DNA of 64,000 nt from positions 160,001 to 224,000 of the forward strand of contig JBFIHX010000004.1 in the NCBI GenBank assembly GCA_041601615.1. The letters are read 5' to 3'. Below, piece after piece: positions 21,040-29,394 of the stretch. Every line of letters starts with the position of its first letter. Position 1 is the first letter of the stretch. A program made the translations under genes and the position numbers. The notes below the pieces were generated by a model that did no database searches, had not been told where the DNA came from, and saw only the letters and a program-made list of their open reading frames with translations. The stretch comes from Thermoplasmatota archaeon (GTDB taxonomy: Archaea; Thermoplasmatota; E2; JACPAO01; JAHFTW01).

Positions 21040-22337
21040 GCCAAACGGAGCAACTAGAGAGCACGCACTGGCACGACGCCGTGGCGCTTGCGGGCGCTCC
21101 CGAATGGCTCCAAGACGTGCGCGCCGAAGCCTTCGAACGCTTTGCGACCCTCGGCTGGCCCGCCAAAGGCGACACGCGGTTTGCCTACAGCGACCTGCGC
21201 CCCATCCACGCCGGAACAACGCTTGCGCCCGTCGCCACGCCCGGAACCGTGACCCATTCCGACATTGCGCCCTTCCTTGCCGGCAACGAAGCCGCCCTGA
21301 TCGTGTTCGTCGACGGCCACTTTTCGGCCGAACTCTCCAGCAACAACACCCTTCCCCCCGGCGCCACGGCCCAGGCCCTCAGTGCCGCGCCCGCCGCCGT
21401 CGAAAGCCTGCGCCCCCACTTGGAGCGACTCGCAGCCCACGATGATCCGCTCTTGGTCCTCAACGCCGCCACAGCCCAAGACGGCGCCCACGTGCGCGTT
21501 GAGGCGGGTACGACCGTTGATGGCCCGATTCATCTGCTGTTCGTGACGACCCGGCCCGGCCTGCGCATCGTCCAAAACGCCGTAAACGTCGAAGACAACG
21601 CCGAGGCGACCGTGCTCGAAAGCCACGTCCATCTTGCGGACAACGACGGCATCACCCTCGCCCACACCAGCCTCCGAGCCGGCCCCGCCGCTCGGCTGCA
21701 CCACGCCAAAGTGCAGAAAGAAGACCGCCGAGCCCGACACATCGCAACCCAGGAAATCCACCAGGAACGCGACAGCAACCTCCAATCGGTTCTGCTCGAA
21801 ATCGGCGGCACCCAAGCCAGGCAAGCCATCACCGCAGACCTCGCAGGCCCCGGCGCCAGCGTCGATTTGCAAGGCGTATTCTTCGGGCAACGCGACCAAC
21901 GCACCGACGTCTGGACCCGCGTCGACCACCAAGTCCCCGACTGCACCAGCAACGAGACCTACAAAGGCATCCTCGACGACTCCTCGCGCGGCGCCTTCAC
22001 CGGCCTCATCGTCGTGCACGAAGGAGCCCATGGCACCAGCAGCAACCAGCAAAACCGCAACCTCCTGCTGTCGCCCAAGGCCCACGCCGACGCAACGCCG
22101 CAACTCGAAATTCTCAACGACGACGTGCGCTGCGCCCACGGCAGCACCATCGGACAACTCGACCCCAATGCGCTGTTTTTCCTGCGCAGCCGAGGCATCG
22201 ACGCCGCCCAAGCCCGCCTCATGCTCACAAGGGCGTTCGCCAGCGAAGTCATCGAAAGCGTCCCTTCCGCCCCCATCCGAAAATTGATGGACCGCTACCT
22301 CCACGTATGGTTCATCAAACACCAGGAGCACCTATGA
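21036..22337 (+). CDS. sufD: Fe-S assembly protein SufD
   Basis: PQLEILNDDVRCAHGSTIG, FFLRSRGI; position in operon. Confidence 0.95.
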   Translation: MSQTEQLESTHWHDAVALAGAPEWLQDVRAEAFERFATLGWPAKGDTRFAYSDLRPIHAGTTLAPVATPGTVTHSDIAPFLAGNEAALIVFVDGHFSAELSSNNTLPPGATAQALSAAPAAVESLRPHLERLAAHDDPLLVLNAATAQDGAHVRVEAGTTVDGPIHLLFVTTRPGLRIVQNAVNVEDNAEATVLESHVHLADNDGITLAHTSLRAGPAARLHHAKVQKEDRRARHIATQEIHQERDSNLQSVLLEIGGTQARQAITADLAGPGASVDLQGVFFGQRDQRTDVWTRVDHQVPDCTSNETYKGILDDSSRGAFTGLIVVHEGAHGTSSNQQNRNLLLSPKAHADATPQLEILNDDVRCAHGSTIGQLDPNALFFLRSRGIDAAQARLMLTRAFASEVIESVPSAPIRKLMDRYLHVWFIKHQEHL

Positions 22338-23560
22338 GCCCCGCCTACGACGTGGAAGCGATTCGCGCCCAGTTTCCGGCGCTGCATCAGGACGTTCACG
22401 ACCACCCGCTCGTCTACCTCGACAACGCCGCCACGAGCCAGAAGCCCCGCGCCGTGCTCGACGCCGTGGGCCACTACTACGAAGCCGACAACGCCAACGT
22501 GCACCGAGGCGTACACGAGCTGAGCCAACGCGCCACCCGCGACTACGAAGGTGCCCGCGAAACCATGCGCCGCTTCGTCGGAGCCGCCAGCACCAAGGAA
22601 ATCGTCTTCGTGCGCGGCACCACCGAAGCCATCAACCTCGTGGCCCAGAGCTTCGTGCGTCCCCGTGTTGGCCCCGGCGATGAAATCCTCATCTCCCACA
22701 TGGAGCACCACAGCAACATCGTGCCGTGGCAAATGCTCTGCGAAGCCACCGGCGCAGAACTGAAAGTCGCCCCCATCGACGACACCGGGGCCCTCGACGT
22801 GGACGCCTTCCACGCGCTCGTCACGCCCAAGACCAAGTTCGTGAGTATTGCCCATGTCAGCAACGCGCTCGGCACCATCAACCCCGTGGCCGACATCGTC
22901 CGTGCCGCCCACGCCGTCGGTGCCCACGTCATGCTCGACGGCGCCCAAGCCGCCCCCCACGTCGCCATCGACGTGCAAGCCCTCGACTGCGACTTCTACG
23001 CCGTATCGGGCCACAAAATGTACGCCCCCACCGGCATCGGCGTCCTGTACGGCAAAGCCGCGCTTCTCGAAGCAATGCCCCCCTACCAAGGCGGCGGCGA
23101 CATGATTGCCAGCGTCACGTTTTCAGGAACGACCTACAACGAATTGCCCTACAAATTCGAAGCAGGCACCCCCAACATCTCCGGCGCCATCGGCATCGGA
23201 GCCGCCGCCCAGTTCCTGCTCGACATAGGCCTCGACGCCATTGCCGCGCACGAACACGAACTCCTGGAATACGCAACCCGCCGCATCCTGGAAATCCCCG
23301 GCATCCGCATCGTCGGCACCGCGCCCCACAAAGCTGGCGTTCTGAGCTTCACCGTCGAAGGCATCCACCCCCACGACATTGGCACGCTCATGGACGGCGA
23401 GGGCATTGCCGTGCGCACCGGCCACCACTGCGCCCAGCCCACCATGGACCGCTTCGGGGTCCCCGCCACGAGCCGCGCCAGCCTCGGCGTATACAACACC
23501 CAAGACGACGTGGACCGCTTCATCGACGCCCTCGTCAAAACCGTAGGGGTGTTTGCCTAA
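22334..23560 (+). CDS. sufS: Cysteine desulfurase SufS
   Basis: YLDNAATSQKP, SGHKMY, RTGHHCAQP. Confidence 0.97.
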   Translation: MSPAYDVEAIRAQFPALHQDVHDHPLVYLDNAATSQKPRAVLDAVGHYYEADNANVHRGVHELSQRATRDYEGARETMRRFVGAASTKEIVFVRGTTEAINLVAQSFVRPRVGPGDEILISHMEHHSNIVPWQMLCEATGAELKVAPIDDTGALDVDAFHALVTPKTKFVSIAHVSNALGTINPVADIVRAAHAVGAHVMLDGAQAAPHVAIDVQALDCDFYAVSGHKMYAPTGIGVLYGKAALLEAMPPYQGGGDMIASVTFSGTTYNELPYKFEAGTPNISGAIGIGAAAQFLLDIGLDAIAAHEHELLEYATRRILEIPGIRIVGTAPHKAGVLSFTVEGIHPHDIGTLMDGEGIAVRTGHHCAQPTMDRFGVPATSRASLGVYNTQDDVDRFIDALVKTVGVFA

Positions 23561-23652
23561 TGGACCCGAATATGCGGGGTGGCAAGGGCCCCGGAGGGGT
23601 TCCTGCCGCCTTCGCTGTTGGAGTCCACGTAGCAGCCCGGAGGGATGCGTAG
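23560..23652 (+). other. 30-aa mini-ORF insertion duplicating the sufS/sufU junction
   Basis: TAATGGACCCGAATATGCG (23558) repeated as TAGTGGACCCCAACATGCG (23650); ORF MDPNMRGGKG...RRDA*. Confidence 0.65.
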
Positions 23653-24098
23653 TGGACCCCAACATGCGCGAGCTCTACCAAGAGACCATCATGGGCCACA
23701 ACAAGGCCCCGCACCACTTCCACGCCATCGAAAACCCCGACGGCGACGCGCTCGGACACAATCCGCTGTGCGGCGACAAACTCCATGTCTACCTGCGCAT
23801 GGACGGCGACACCGTCACGGAAGCGAGCTTCCTCGGCGACGGCTGCGCCATCAGCAAATCCAGCGCCAGCATGATGACCGACGCCGTGGCCGGCAAAACC
23901 AGCCAAGAAGCACACGAGCTGTACGAGCACTTCCACAAACTCGTCACCCGCGAAGGCGAACCCGACATCGCCAAACTCGGCAAACTACGAGTCTTTGCAG
24001 GTGTTGGCGAATTCCCCGCCCGCGTCAAATGCGCCGCCCTCCCCTGGCGCACCCTCGTAGCCGCCCTCGAAGGCCGCGAAGAGGCGAGCACCGAATGA
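23652..24098 (+). CDS. sufU: SufU (IscU/NifU-N family) protein
   Basis: LYQETIMGH, NPLCGD, GCAISKSSAS, RVKCA. Confidence 0.95.
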   Translation: MDPNMRELYQETIMGHNKAPHHFHAIENPDGDALGHNPLCGDKLHVYLRMDGDTVTEASFLGDGCAISKSSASMMTDAVAGKTSQEAHELYEHFHKLVTREGEPDIAKLGKLRVFAGVGEFPARVKCAALPWRTLVAALEGREEASTE

Positions 24099-24652
24099 CC
24101 CCCGAACAAGTCCTCCTCACCCGCCCCGTGCGCGCCGTCGTCATCCCCGACGGCATCGAAGAAACCTTGGAGCCCGGCATGCCCGTGCTCATCACGCAAA
24201 TGCTCGGCGGCAGCTTCACCATCCAAACCGCCGAGGGCCGAAAATACCGCATCGAAGGCCGCGACGCCGACGCCATCGGCAAACCCGTGCCCGAAGAAGC
24301 AAGGGCGCACGAGCACACCGAGCCCATGGTCGCCGCCGACGCCGAAAAACTCGGCTGGGACCTCATGAAAAAGGTCCACGATCCAGAGATTCCCGTCAAC
24401 ATCGTCGACCTCGGCCTCGTCTACACCCTCAAAATGCACACACGCGGCGACGGCAAGTTGCTCGCAGAATGCAGAATGACCCTCACCGCCCCCGGCTGCG
24501 GCATGGGAGACGTGTTGGTACGCGACGTTGAACGGCAATTGGCTTCCATTCCCGGGGTTGGGGCCGTGGACGCGAAGGTTGTGTTTGATCCGGTTTGGAA
24601 TCCGTATACGATGATGAGTACGGCGGCGAAGTTGAAGTTGGGGTTGTTGTAG
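24095..24652 (+). CDS. sufT: SufT (DUF59/PaaD-like) Fe-S maturation protein
   Basis: ITQMLGGSFT N-domain; DPEIPVNIVDLGLVY, MTLTAPGCGMG. Confidence 0.92.
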   Translation: MTPEQVLLTRPVRAVVIPDGIEETLEPGMPVLITQMLGGSFTIQTAEGRKYRIEGRDADAIGKPVPEEARAHEHTEPMVAADAEKLGWDLMKKVHDPEIPVNIVDLGLVYTLKMHTRGDGKLLAECRMTLTAPGCGMGDVLVRDVERQLASIPGVGAVDAKVVFDPVWNPYTMMSTAAKLKLGLL

Positions 24653-24756
24653 GCTGCAGCGCGGAAATTGGCGAGTCGTGCCCGTGCTTGCATTGGTGGA
24701 TGCTCGGCAATCCAGCAAAGAGTGTAGGTGGGCAGACACCCCTGCAATCGAAACAC

Positions 24757-25011
24757 CTAGCGATCGTGAATATTTCGCCTGTGTCCAGCCCGTACAAAGT
24801 CCAACAACCGTTGCGGGACATGCGCCCGCACATACACCCGGTACTCACCCACTCGAAGCGAAAATAGATCGCTTCCCTTGAGTCGCTTCATCGTCCGCAA
24901 CGGGTCTTCTTGAATCGCTTCCAATTTCTCAATGATGCGCCGTGCAACTTTCTGGTCAAGGTGCTTCAAATCAGCCAAAAATGTCGGCTGATATGTATAC
25001 GTCCACTTCAT
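24757..25011 (-). CDS. RelE/ParE-family toxin
   Basis: LKHLD...RRIIEKL...LKG...SLRVGEYRV...GHRRNI. Confidence 0.9.
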   Translation of the reverse strand: MKWTYTYQPTFLADLKHLDQKVARRIIEKLEAIQEDPLRTMKRLKGSDLFSLRVGEYRVYVRAHVPQRLLDFVRAGHRRNIHDR

Positions 25012-25241
25012 GGGAGGCCGAATTCTTTTCGCAAGTCTTCGTGCGAGATGCGTGGGCCATCATAGAGAAGTCCATCCAACAAACTTCGGCGGAAATCCGG
25101 TGTAAATTTGCCTTCGTCGTCGCCTTCAGGGACCAATCGAAGCAGCTTCTCCAAGAGTTCATCATAGGTTTGCCGACCCTTCAGCCCCTGGAGCGCGTCC
25201 CGGGTTTGCGAATTGACCTTGATGGTGGTAGTATCGGGCAC
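25008..25241 (-). CDS. Antitoxin (archaeal RHH-like) cognate to RelE
   Basis: TTIKVNSQTRDALQGLKGRQTYDELLEKLL...ISHEDLRKEFGL; ATGA coupling. Confidence 0.82.
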   Translation of the reverse strand: MPDTTTIKVNSQTRDALQGLKGRQTYDELLEKLLRLVPEGDDEGKFTPDFRRSLLDGLLYDGPRISHEDLRKEFGLP

Positions 25242-25243
25242 AA

Positions 25244-25273
25244 GTATCCTATGGGTATCCTATTGGTATAAGG
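25244..25273 (-). promoter_or_regulatory. TA promoter with TATA box and direct-repeat operator
   Basis: Minus strand CCTTATACC followed by ATAGGATAC twice, just before the GTG start. Confidence 0.55.
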
Positions 25274-25409
25274 CTTGTTGGAGGCCAAGGAATGGCAAGG
25301 GTAGCCAGATGGGAGTGGGGCAATGATTGAGCGAAGTTGCCTCGAACGGAGTGCGGGGCGGGCTTGCGCGATTAGCTCTGCGGCACCCACCCAGGCCTGG
25401 GCAAGGAGA

Positions 25410-25877
25410 CTACGGATGCTCGTGCCGGCGGGAAATCAGCATGGTATCCTGATCCAGGATTTGGACGCGCAAAGAATCCTGATTGTGCAGATCCATCGCT
25501 CGAACCACGTCCTTGGGCCAGTAGGTCCCCAGGTTTCTGCCGGACACGCTCGTGACCTTCGCGAGGTAATCGCTAAGCACACGCTCTGGCCCGGCTTCTT
25601 CCAGGGCAATTTCTTCGTAGGACTCCAAAAATTCAACGCCGCAATCCGCGCAGCGGGCCCCGTGGAGGTTGTGGTGGACCAATGCCATGGCACCGACTAC
25701 GGTTTCCCGAAGCAAGTCCTCTCGACTTTCTAGCGTCTCGTGGGAACAGACGGGGCACGCCCCGGTAGTTCCAGGCGGGAAAGCGCGCTTGCGCTCGTGC
25801 ATCAGGCGGTTGCGCAAATCAGCCACGGCAGTGGCCCATCGCGTTGGCGTGGGGTAGGTTTCAGCGTCAGGCGTCAT
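25410..25877 (-). CDS. YgiT/MqsA-type Zn-finger antitoxin with C-terminal AbrB-like domain
   Basis: CPVC...CADCGVEF; C-terminus KVTSVSGRNLGTYWPKDVVRAMDL...LRVQI. Confidence 0.75.
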   Translation of the reverse strand: MTPDAETYPTPTRWATAVADLRNRLMHERKRAFPPGTTGACPVCSHETLESREDLLRETVVGAMALVHHNLHGARCADCGVEFLESYEEIALEEAGPERVLSDYLAKVTSVSGRNLGTYWPKDVVRAMDLHNQDSLRVQILDQDTMLISRRHEHP

Positions 25878-26139
25878 AGGCAGGCACCACGAGAAGGAGC
25901 GCACCGGCATCGTCTCGGTGGTCGTTGAAATCGATGCGTAGGCGTCGGCTCCCGGGTAGGTTCGAGAGTGCGTGCCAACCCTTGGGGTGGTGGGGCCGGT
26001 CATCGCGTTCGACATGGTAACAGGTTTCCAGCGCCGTGAGAATCTGCATGAAGCTGATGCCGCGCTTGCCCGCATGGTAGTGGGGCGCCTTGACCACCTG
26101 GCCCGCTGCAACGCACTCGTGGACTTCACGTACATCCAT
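25867..26139 (-). CDS. DUF4258-like putative toxin
   Basis: HAGKRGISFMQILTAL...RRLRIDF...LLVVPAY; overlaps Zn-finger gene. Confidence 0.7.
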   Translation of the reverse strand: MDVREVHECVAAGQVVKAPHYHAGKRGISFMQILTALETCYHVERDDRPHHPKGWHALSNLPGSRRLRIDFNDHRDDAGALLLVVPAYDA

Positions 26140-26164
26140 CGGTCGAACCAAGCCTTGGAACTAG

Positions 26165-26183
26165 TTACGTGTAATGCACGTAA
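26165..26183. promoter_or_regulatory. Operator palindrome of DUF4258/Zn-finger TA
   Basis: TTACGTG-N5-CACGTAA, 26 bp upstream of the toxin start. Confidence 0.6.
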
Positions 26184-26232
26184 ATTGATTTGGGTTTGGG
26201 GTTCGACGGCCCAGCCATCTGAGAGGGTGGCA

Positions 26233-26313
26233 CGCTAACGACGGCTGAGCTAAGCCGTGAGTGAAGCGAGTGGGCGAGCGCAGCGAGCGGTCGGGTCGAG
26301 TGACTTGTTAGGC
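26233..26313 (-). mobile_element. Integron attC site (imperfect), distal
   Basis: Minus strand GCCTAAC-AAGTC-ACTCGACC-CGAC...CGGCTTAGCT...GTTAGCG; R'' matches the core at 27235-27241. Confidence 0.72.
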
Positions 26314-26400
26314 GTTCAATAGAACACGCGTCGGCCCTTGAACCGACGCACACTGTGCGGGGTGGCATTTCGCCTTTGCAAACGGCGTCGCTTCGCCGCG

Positions 26401-27168
26401 TCAGCCATACAGCGGATAGAGGAATTCGCCGACCGCGGCAAGGCCGTCCTTGATCGGCTCACCCAACCGAGTGCGCCCAAAAATCTCCCCCAGCGCCTTC
26501 GCCCCCAGGGCGACCGGTAAGCCCCATTTGTAGCTGGTATGGATTCGGCCACGCTGAGTTCTGTCGGCCACCATCCCGGCTACGATGAACAGTAGCACCC
26601 ACCAACTGCCGATAGCACTGGTCACGTCGTTGCGGCCAAAAATGAACGCCGCGATGCGCGCACCCGCTGCGCCAAGGACTACCGTGCTGGCCATGAACAT
26701 GAGTCGCTTGTGTTCCATGATGTCGTTTCGCCGCGTGATTGCGAGCACGAAGAACAAAGTAAACGGAACCAAGCTTGCGAGAATCCCGACGCCGCGCAAA
26801 TCCCAGAACGGCGAGCCCCCCGGTTGGCGCGCGAGCCAAATCTGCACCGTCGCAACGACGATGCCCGTAAACACCATGCCAATCGCTAGGCCAGTCATGG
26901 CCGTGCCCAGGATTCGATGGATGCGGACTCGGCCCGTGCGCACCAGCCCGGATTGCAAAGGTGCCAATAGGTACCAGAGAAAAAACGTCCAGCCGTGCAA
27001 GTGGACTGTCGCGGAGACGTTCGAGTAGGAGCCTTGGGTTAGGGGGCCGAAGTACGTGATGCTGAAGCCCCCGAACGCGGTGACGCTGGTCGCCAGAATC
27101 GCCCAGAAGAAGAAGGGGTCCCGTTTCTTCCACGCCAACGCCATAGCACATGCACTACGGGCGGCCAT
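26401..27168 (-). CDS. Integron cassette gene: multi-pass membrane protein
   Basis: About 6-7 TM segments, HLHG...Q..L...GR...HR.LG and HKRLM motifs; lies between two attC sites. Confidence 0.8.
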   Translation of the reverse strand: MAARSACAMALAWKKRDPFFFWAILATSVTAFGGFSITYFGPLTQGSYSNVSATVHLHGWTFFLWYLLAPLQSGLVRTGRVRIHRILGTAMTGLAIGMVFTGIVVATVQIWLARQPGGSPFWDLRGVGILASLVPFTLFFVLAITRRNDIMEHKRLMFMASTVVLGAAGARIAAFIFGRNDVTSAIGSWWVLLFIVAGMVADRTQRGRIHTSYKWGLPVALGAKALGEIFGRTRLGEPIKDGLAAVGEFLYPLYG

Positions 27169-27234
27169 TAGGTGTTTGTTTTGGAGATGCTACATGTATA
27201 TGTCGCACGTTCATGGATTGCGGCTGAGTTGAAC

Positions 27235-27298
27235 GCCTAACGACTGAACTCAGCCGCTCCGAGCGAAGTGAGGAGTCGGCTGGAGCGATTTGTTAGAT
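27235..27298 (-). mobile_element. Integron attC site (canonical, 64 bp)
   Basis: Minus strand ATCTAAC-AAATC-GCTCCAGC-CGA...ACTTCGCT...CG-GCTGAGT-TCAGTC-GTTAGGC: R'', 5-bp spacer, L'' with extra base, L', 6-bp spacer, R'. Confidence 0.88.
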
Positions 27299-27314
27299 GG
27301 ATTTGGAATTTGGG

Positions 27315-27692
27315 CTACCTGCGAGCGAGTAGTGCGAGGCCCACGATTAGAATCGCCCCTATGGCGACAGTTTGCTTTGCATCGACCAGTAGGTGCATTA
27401 CAAGCTCGCTGTGAGCGTCGTAGTGATCCCAGTGAACCTTGTAGTGGTCATCGAAGACTAGAACGTGCAATTGGCGGCCATCAGCCATTTTGAGTCGCCA
27501 GTGTTCTTTTGCAAGGAGGTTCTGGCCGACACTTGGGTAGAATCCGGGCAGGTGTTGCGGGTGGGTTGCAACATGCAGGCCGTATTGTTGGTTGGTGTGC
27601 GCTGGAGTCGCCAACACCGCGTTTGCTATTCCCTGCCACTGGGCGGGGACGCTTCGAATGGCCTGCACGGTTGAGTAGTTGTTGCTTCTCAT
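27315..27692 (-). CDS. Cassette gene: hypothetical protein with HWDHYD...HL motif and C-terminal TM
   Basis: ORF ends 16 bp before attC R''; hydrophobic C-terminus. Confidence 0.7.
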   Translation of the reverse strand: MRSNNYSTVQAIRSVPAQWQGIANAVLATPAHTNQQYGLHVATHPQHLPGFYPSVGQNLLAKEHWRLKMADGRQLHVLVFDDHYKVHWDHYDAHSELVMHLLVDAKQTVAIGAILIVGLALLARR

Positions 27693-27710
27693 GCGTGATA
27701 GCACCGAGTT

Positions 27711-27727
27711 AAGCGTATAATACGCTT
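27711..27727. promoter_or_regulatory. Operator palindrome between divergent cassette genes
   Basis: AAGCGTAT-A-ATACGCTT, overlapping a TATAAT. Confidence 0.65.
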
Positions 27728-27782
27728 TTGTGTTGACTAATACGCAGCAAGGGCCTTGTAGGGGAAGCGACCAATCCCCCTT

Positions 27783-28037
27783 GTGGAGCCCAATTTGCCT
27801 TCTTGGATGGATCGTCAACGTGCCGCCCAAGTTGCAAGACTACGGGCGCTCGGTTATTCGCAGACGGACATTGCCGGACAACTGGGCATTTCTCAGCAGA
27901 CCGTGAGTAGATACCAGAAGGGCATCAATCAAGCGGCGGCAGAATCTGACGATGTTCAGGAGTTCCTTATGGCGCTTCTAATCGTGGGACTTGGTGTTGG
28001 GGCCACTATCGCCCTTGCAAAGTTGTTCAAGCTATAG
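27783..28037 (+). CDS. Small HTH protein with C-terminal TM helix
   Basis: LGYSQTDIAGQLGISQQTVSRY HTH; LLIVGLGVGATIALAKLF tail. Confidence 0.78.
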   Translation: MEPNLPSWMDRQRAAQVARLRALGYSQTDIAGQLGISQQTVSRYQKGINQAAAESDDVQEFLMALLIVGLGVGATIALAKLFKL

Positions 28038-28061
28038 GAGAATCCCCGTGGCATTGTCGCC

Positions 28062-28072
28062 ATCCATCTAAC
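28062..28072 (-). mobile_element. Cassette-array proximal core site (GTTAGAT)
   Basis: ATCCATCTAAC is the exact reverse complement of GTTAGATGGAT at 27292-27302. Confidence 0.7.
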
Positions 28073-28096
28073 TACCCAATATCCCGCCACCCCCCC

Positions 28097-28639
28097 TCAC
28101 CTAACCCCTTCAACCTCGTAATGCCCCGCCGTCTCCAAAACTACAGTAACAGCCTCACCCCCATTGTTCTTCCAGTACCAACCATGACTGCCAGTAAAAG
28201 GAGCTCGGAAGTTCCCGTCACCGCCGTCCCGGGTGTCTTCTTCGTAGCTCTCAAAGTACCCCGTCGTATCCCCTTCCGGCTCGCCGTGGAAGTCAAAGTA
28301 GAGCAAGCCGGTGGCGTTCCAAGAGTACACAAACCCACTACCAGCGCCCACTTGGAATTTGTATTCCAGGCCCGACTTGGCTGGTATCACGATTTCTACG
28401 GTGTCGTTGCGGTAGGCGGTTTCTTCGACGCTGTTCAAATTCGGCTCGGTGATGGCAGGGGCCGCGATGTCTTTGATGCCGATGGCGGCGCCGAAGCCCG
28501 TTGGATCGATGCCGTATTCTGCGGGGAGGATGGCGAGGACGAGCACGGCGAGGGCGACGGCGGCGGCGATTCCTGTGGCTTCCAGGAGGGTTCGCTTGGA
28601 GGGGGCGCGAAATTCGTCGGGGGTGTTGGGTTCGGTCAT
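28097..28639 (-). CDS. Transmembrane-anchor protein associated with HupE/UreJ
   Basis: LPAEYGIDPTGFG, FDFHGE, APFTGSHGWYW. Confidence 0.8.
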   Translation of the reverse strand: MTEPNTPDEFRAPSKRTLLEATGIAAAVALAVLVLAILPAEYGIDPTGFGAAIGIKDIAAPAITEPNLNSVEETAYRNDTVEIVIPAKSGLEYKFQVGAGSGFVYSWNATGLLYFDFHGEPEGDTTGYFESYEEDTRDGGDGNFRAPFTGSHGWYWKNNGGEAVTVVLETAGHYEVEGVR

Positions 28640-28644
28640 GGGGA

Positions 28645-29322
28645 TCAAGCCGTGGTGAAGTAGCCGGTGAGTTGGAGGCCGATGAGTATGAAGCCGGCGG
28701 ACATGAGGCCCATGTTGGTAAGCAGGGCGTGTTTGAGGTACGAGGGGTGGCGGCGCCAGAGGTCCATTGCGATGATGATGCCGCCGAGGGCGAGGATTTG
28801 GCCGATTTCTACGCCAATGTTGAAGGAGATGATGTTGCCCACGAGGCCTTCTCGGCTGAGGCCGAATTCTTGCACCTTGGTTGCGAGCCCAAAGCCGTGA
28901 AACAAGCCGAAGACCAGCACCGCCGCTTTCGTGTTGGGCTGACGGCCGAAGAAGCGCTTGAAGCCGCCGAGGTTGTCAAAGCCCTTGTATACGACGCTGG
29001 CGCCGATGATGGCGTCGATGAGGTAGGAATTTGCGGGGATGTCGGCGAGAACTCCGAGGAGGAGCGTTGCGCTGTGGCCCAGGGTGAACATGGAGACGTA
29101 GACCGCCACGTCCTTCATTTTGTACAGGAAAAACACGACGCCCACCAAGAACAGGAGGTGGTCGTAGCCCGTGACCATGTGCTTGGCGCCCAAGTACAGG
29201 AACGGGCCCATGGCGAGGCCCTCGTTATCTGCGAGGAAGCCGGCGTCGTCCTCGTCCACGCCATGCGCAAGGGCGACGGGCACCAACAGCAGTACCGCGA
29301 CGGCCAAGAGCATCCGCTTCAT
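28645..29322 (-). CDS. HupE/UreJ-family metal (Ni/Co) transporter-like protein
   Basis: GAKHMVTGYDHLLF, FTLGHSATL, FGLFHGFG, FNIGVEIGQ. Confidence 0.9.
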   Translation of the reverse strand: MKRMLLAVAVLLLVPVALAHGVDEDDAGFLADNEGLAMGPFLYLGAKHMVTGYDHLLFLVGVVFFLYKMKDVAVYVSMFTLGHSATLLLGVLADIPANSYLIDAIIGASVVYKGFDNLGGFKRFFGRQPNTKAAVLVFGLFHGFGLATKVQEFGLSREGLVGNIISFNIGVEIGQILALGGIIIAMDLWRRHPSYLKHALLTNMGLMSAGFILIGLQLTGYFTTA

Positions 29323-29394
29323 TGAGTGGTCACTGCAAAGCGGAAGTCAAAGGGGTTCCGAAGAGACAATCGGCGTGGTTTTGGCTCGTGGGTG

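Noticed and set aside
18680-23665. Long antisense and alternate-frame ORFs (e.g. 18680-20206, 21054-22331, also 4357-5592, 59030-60298)
   Set aside because: Shadows of well-supported GC-rich genes; no motifs.
25321-25390. Possible third attC between the two TA modules
   Set aside because: Has GAGCGAAG but no RYYYAAC/GTTRRRY pair or L boxes.
24653-28100. Integron integrase or transposase
   Set aside because: No ORF with tyrosine recombinase RHRY, DDE or HUH motifs in the window.
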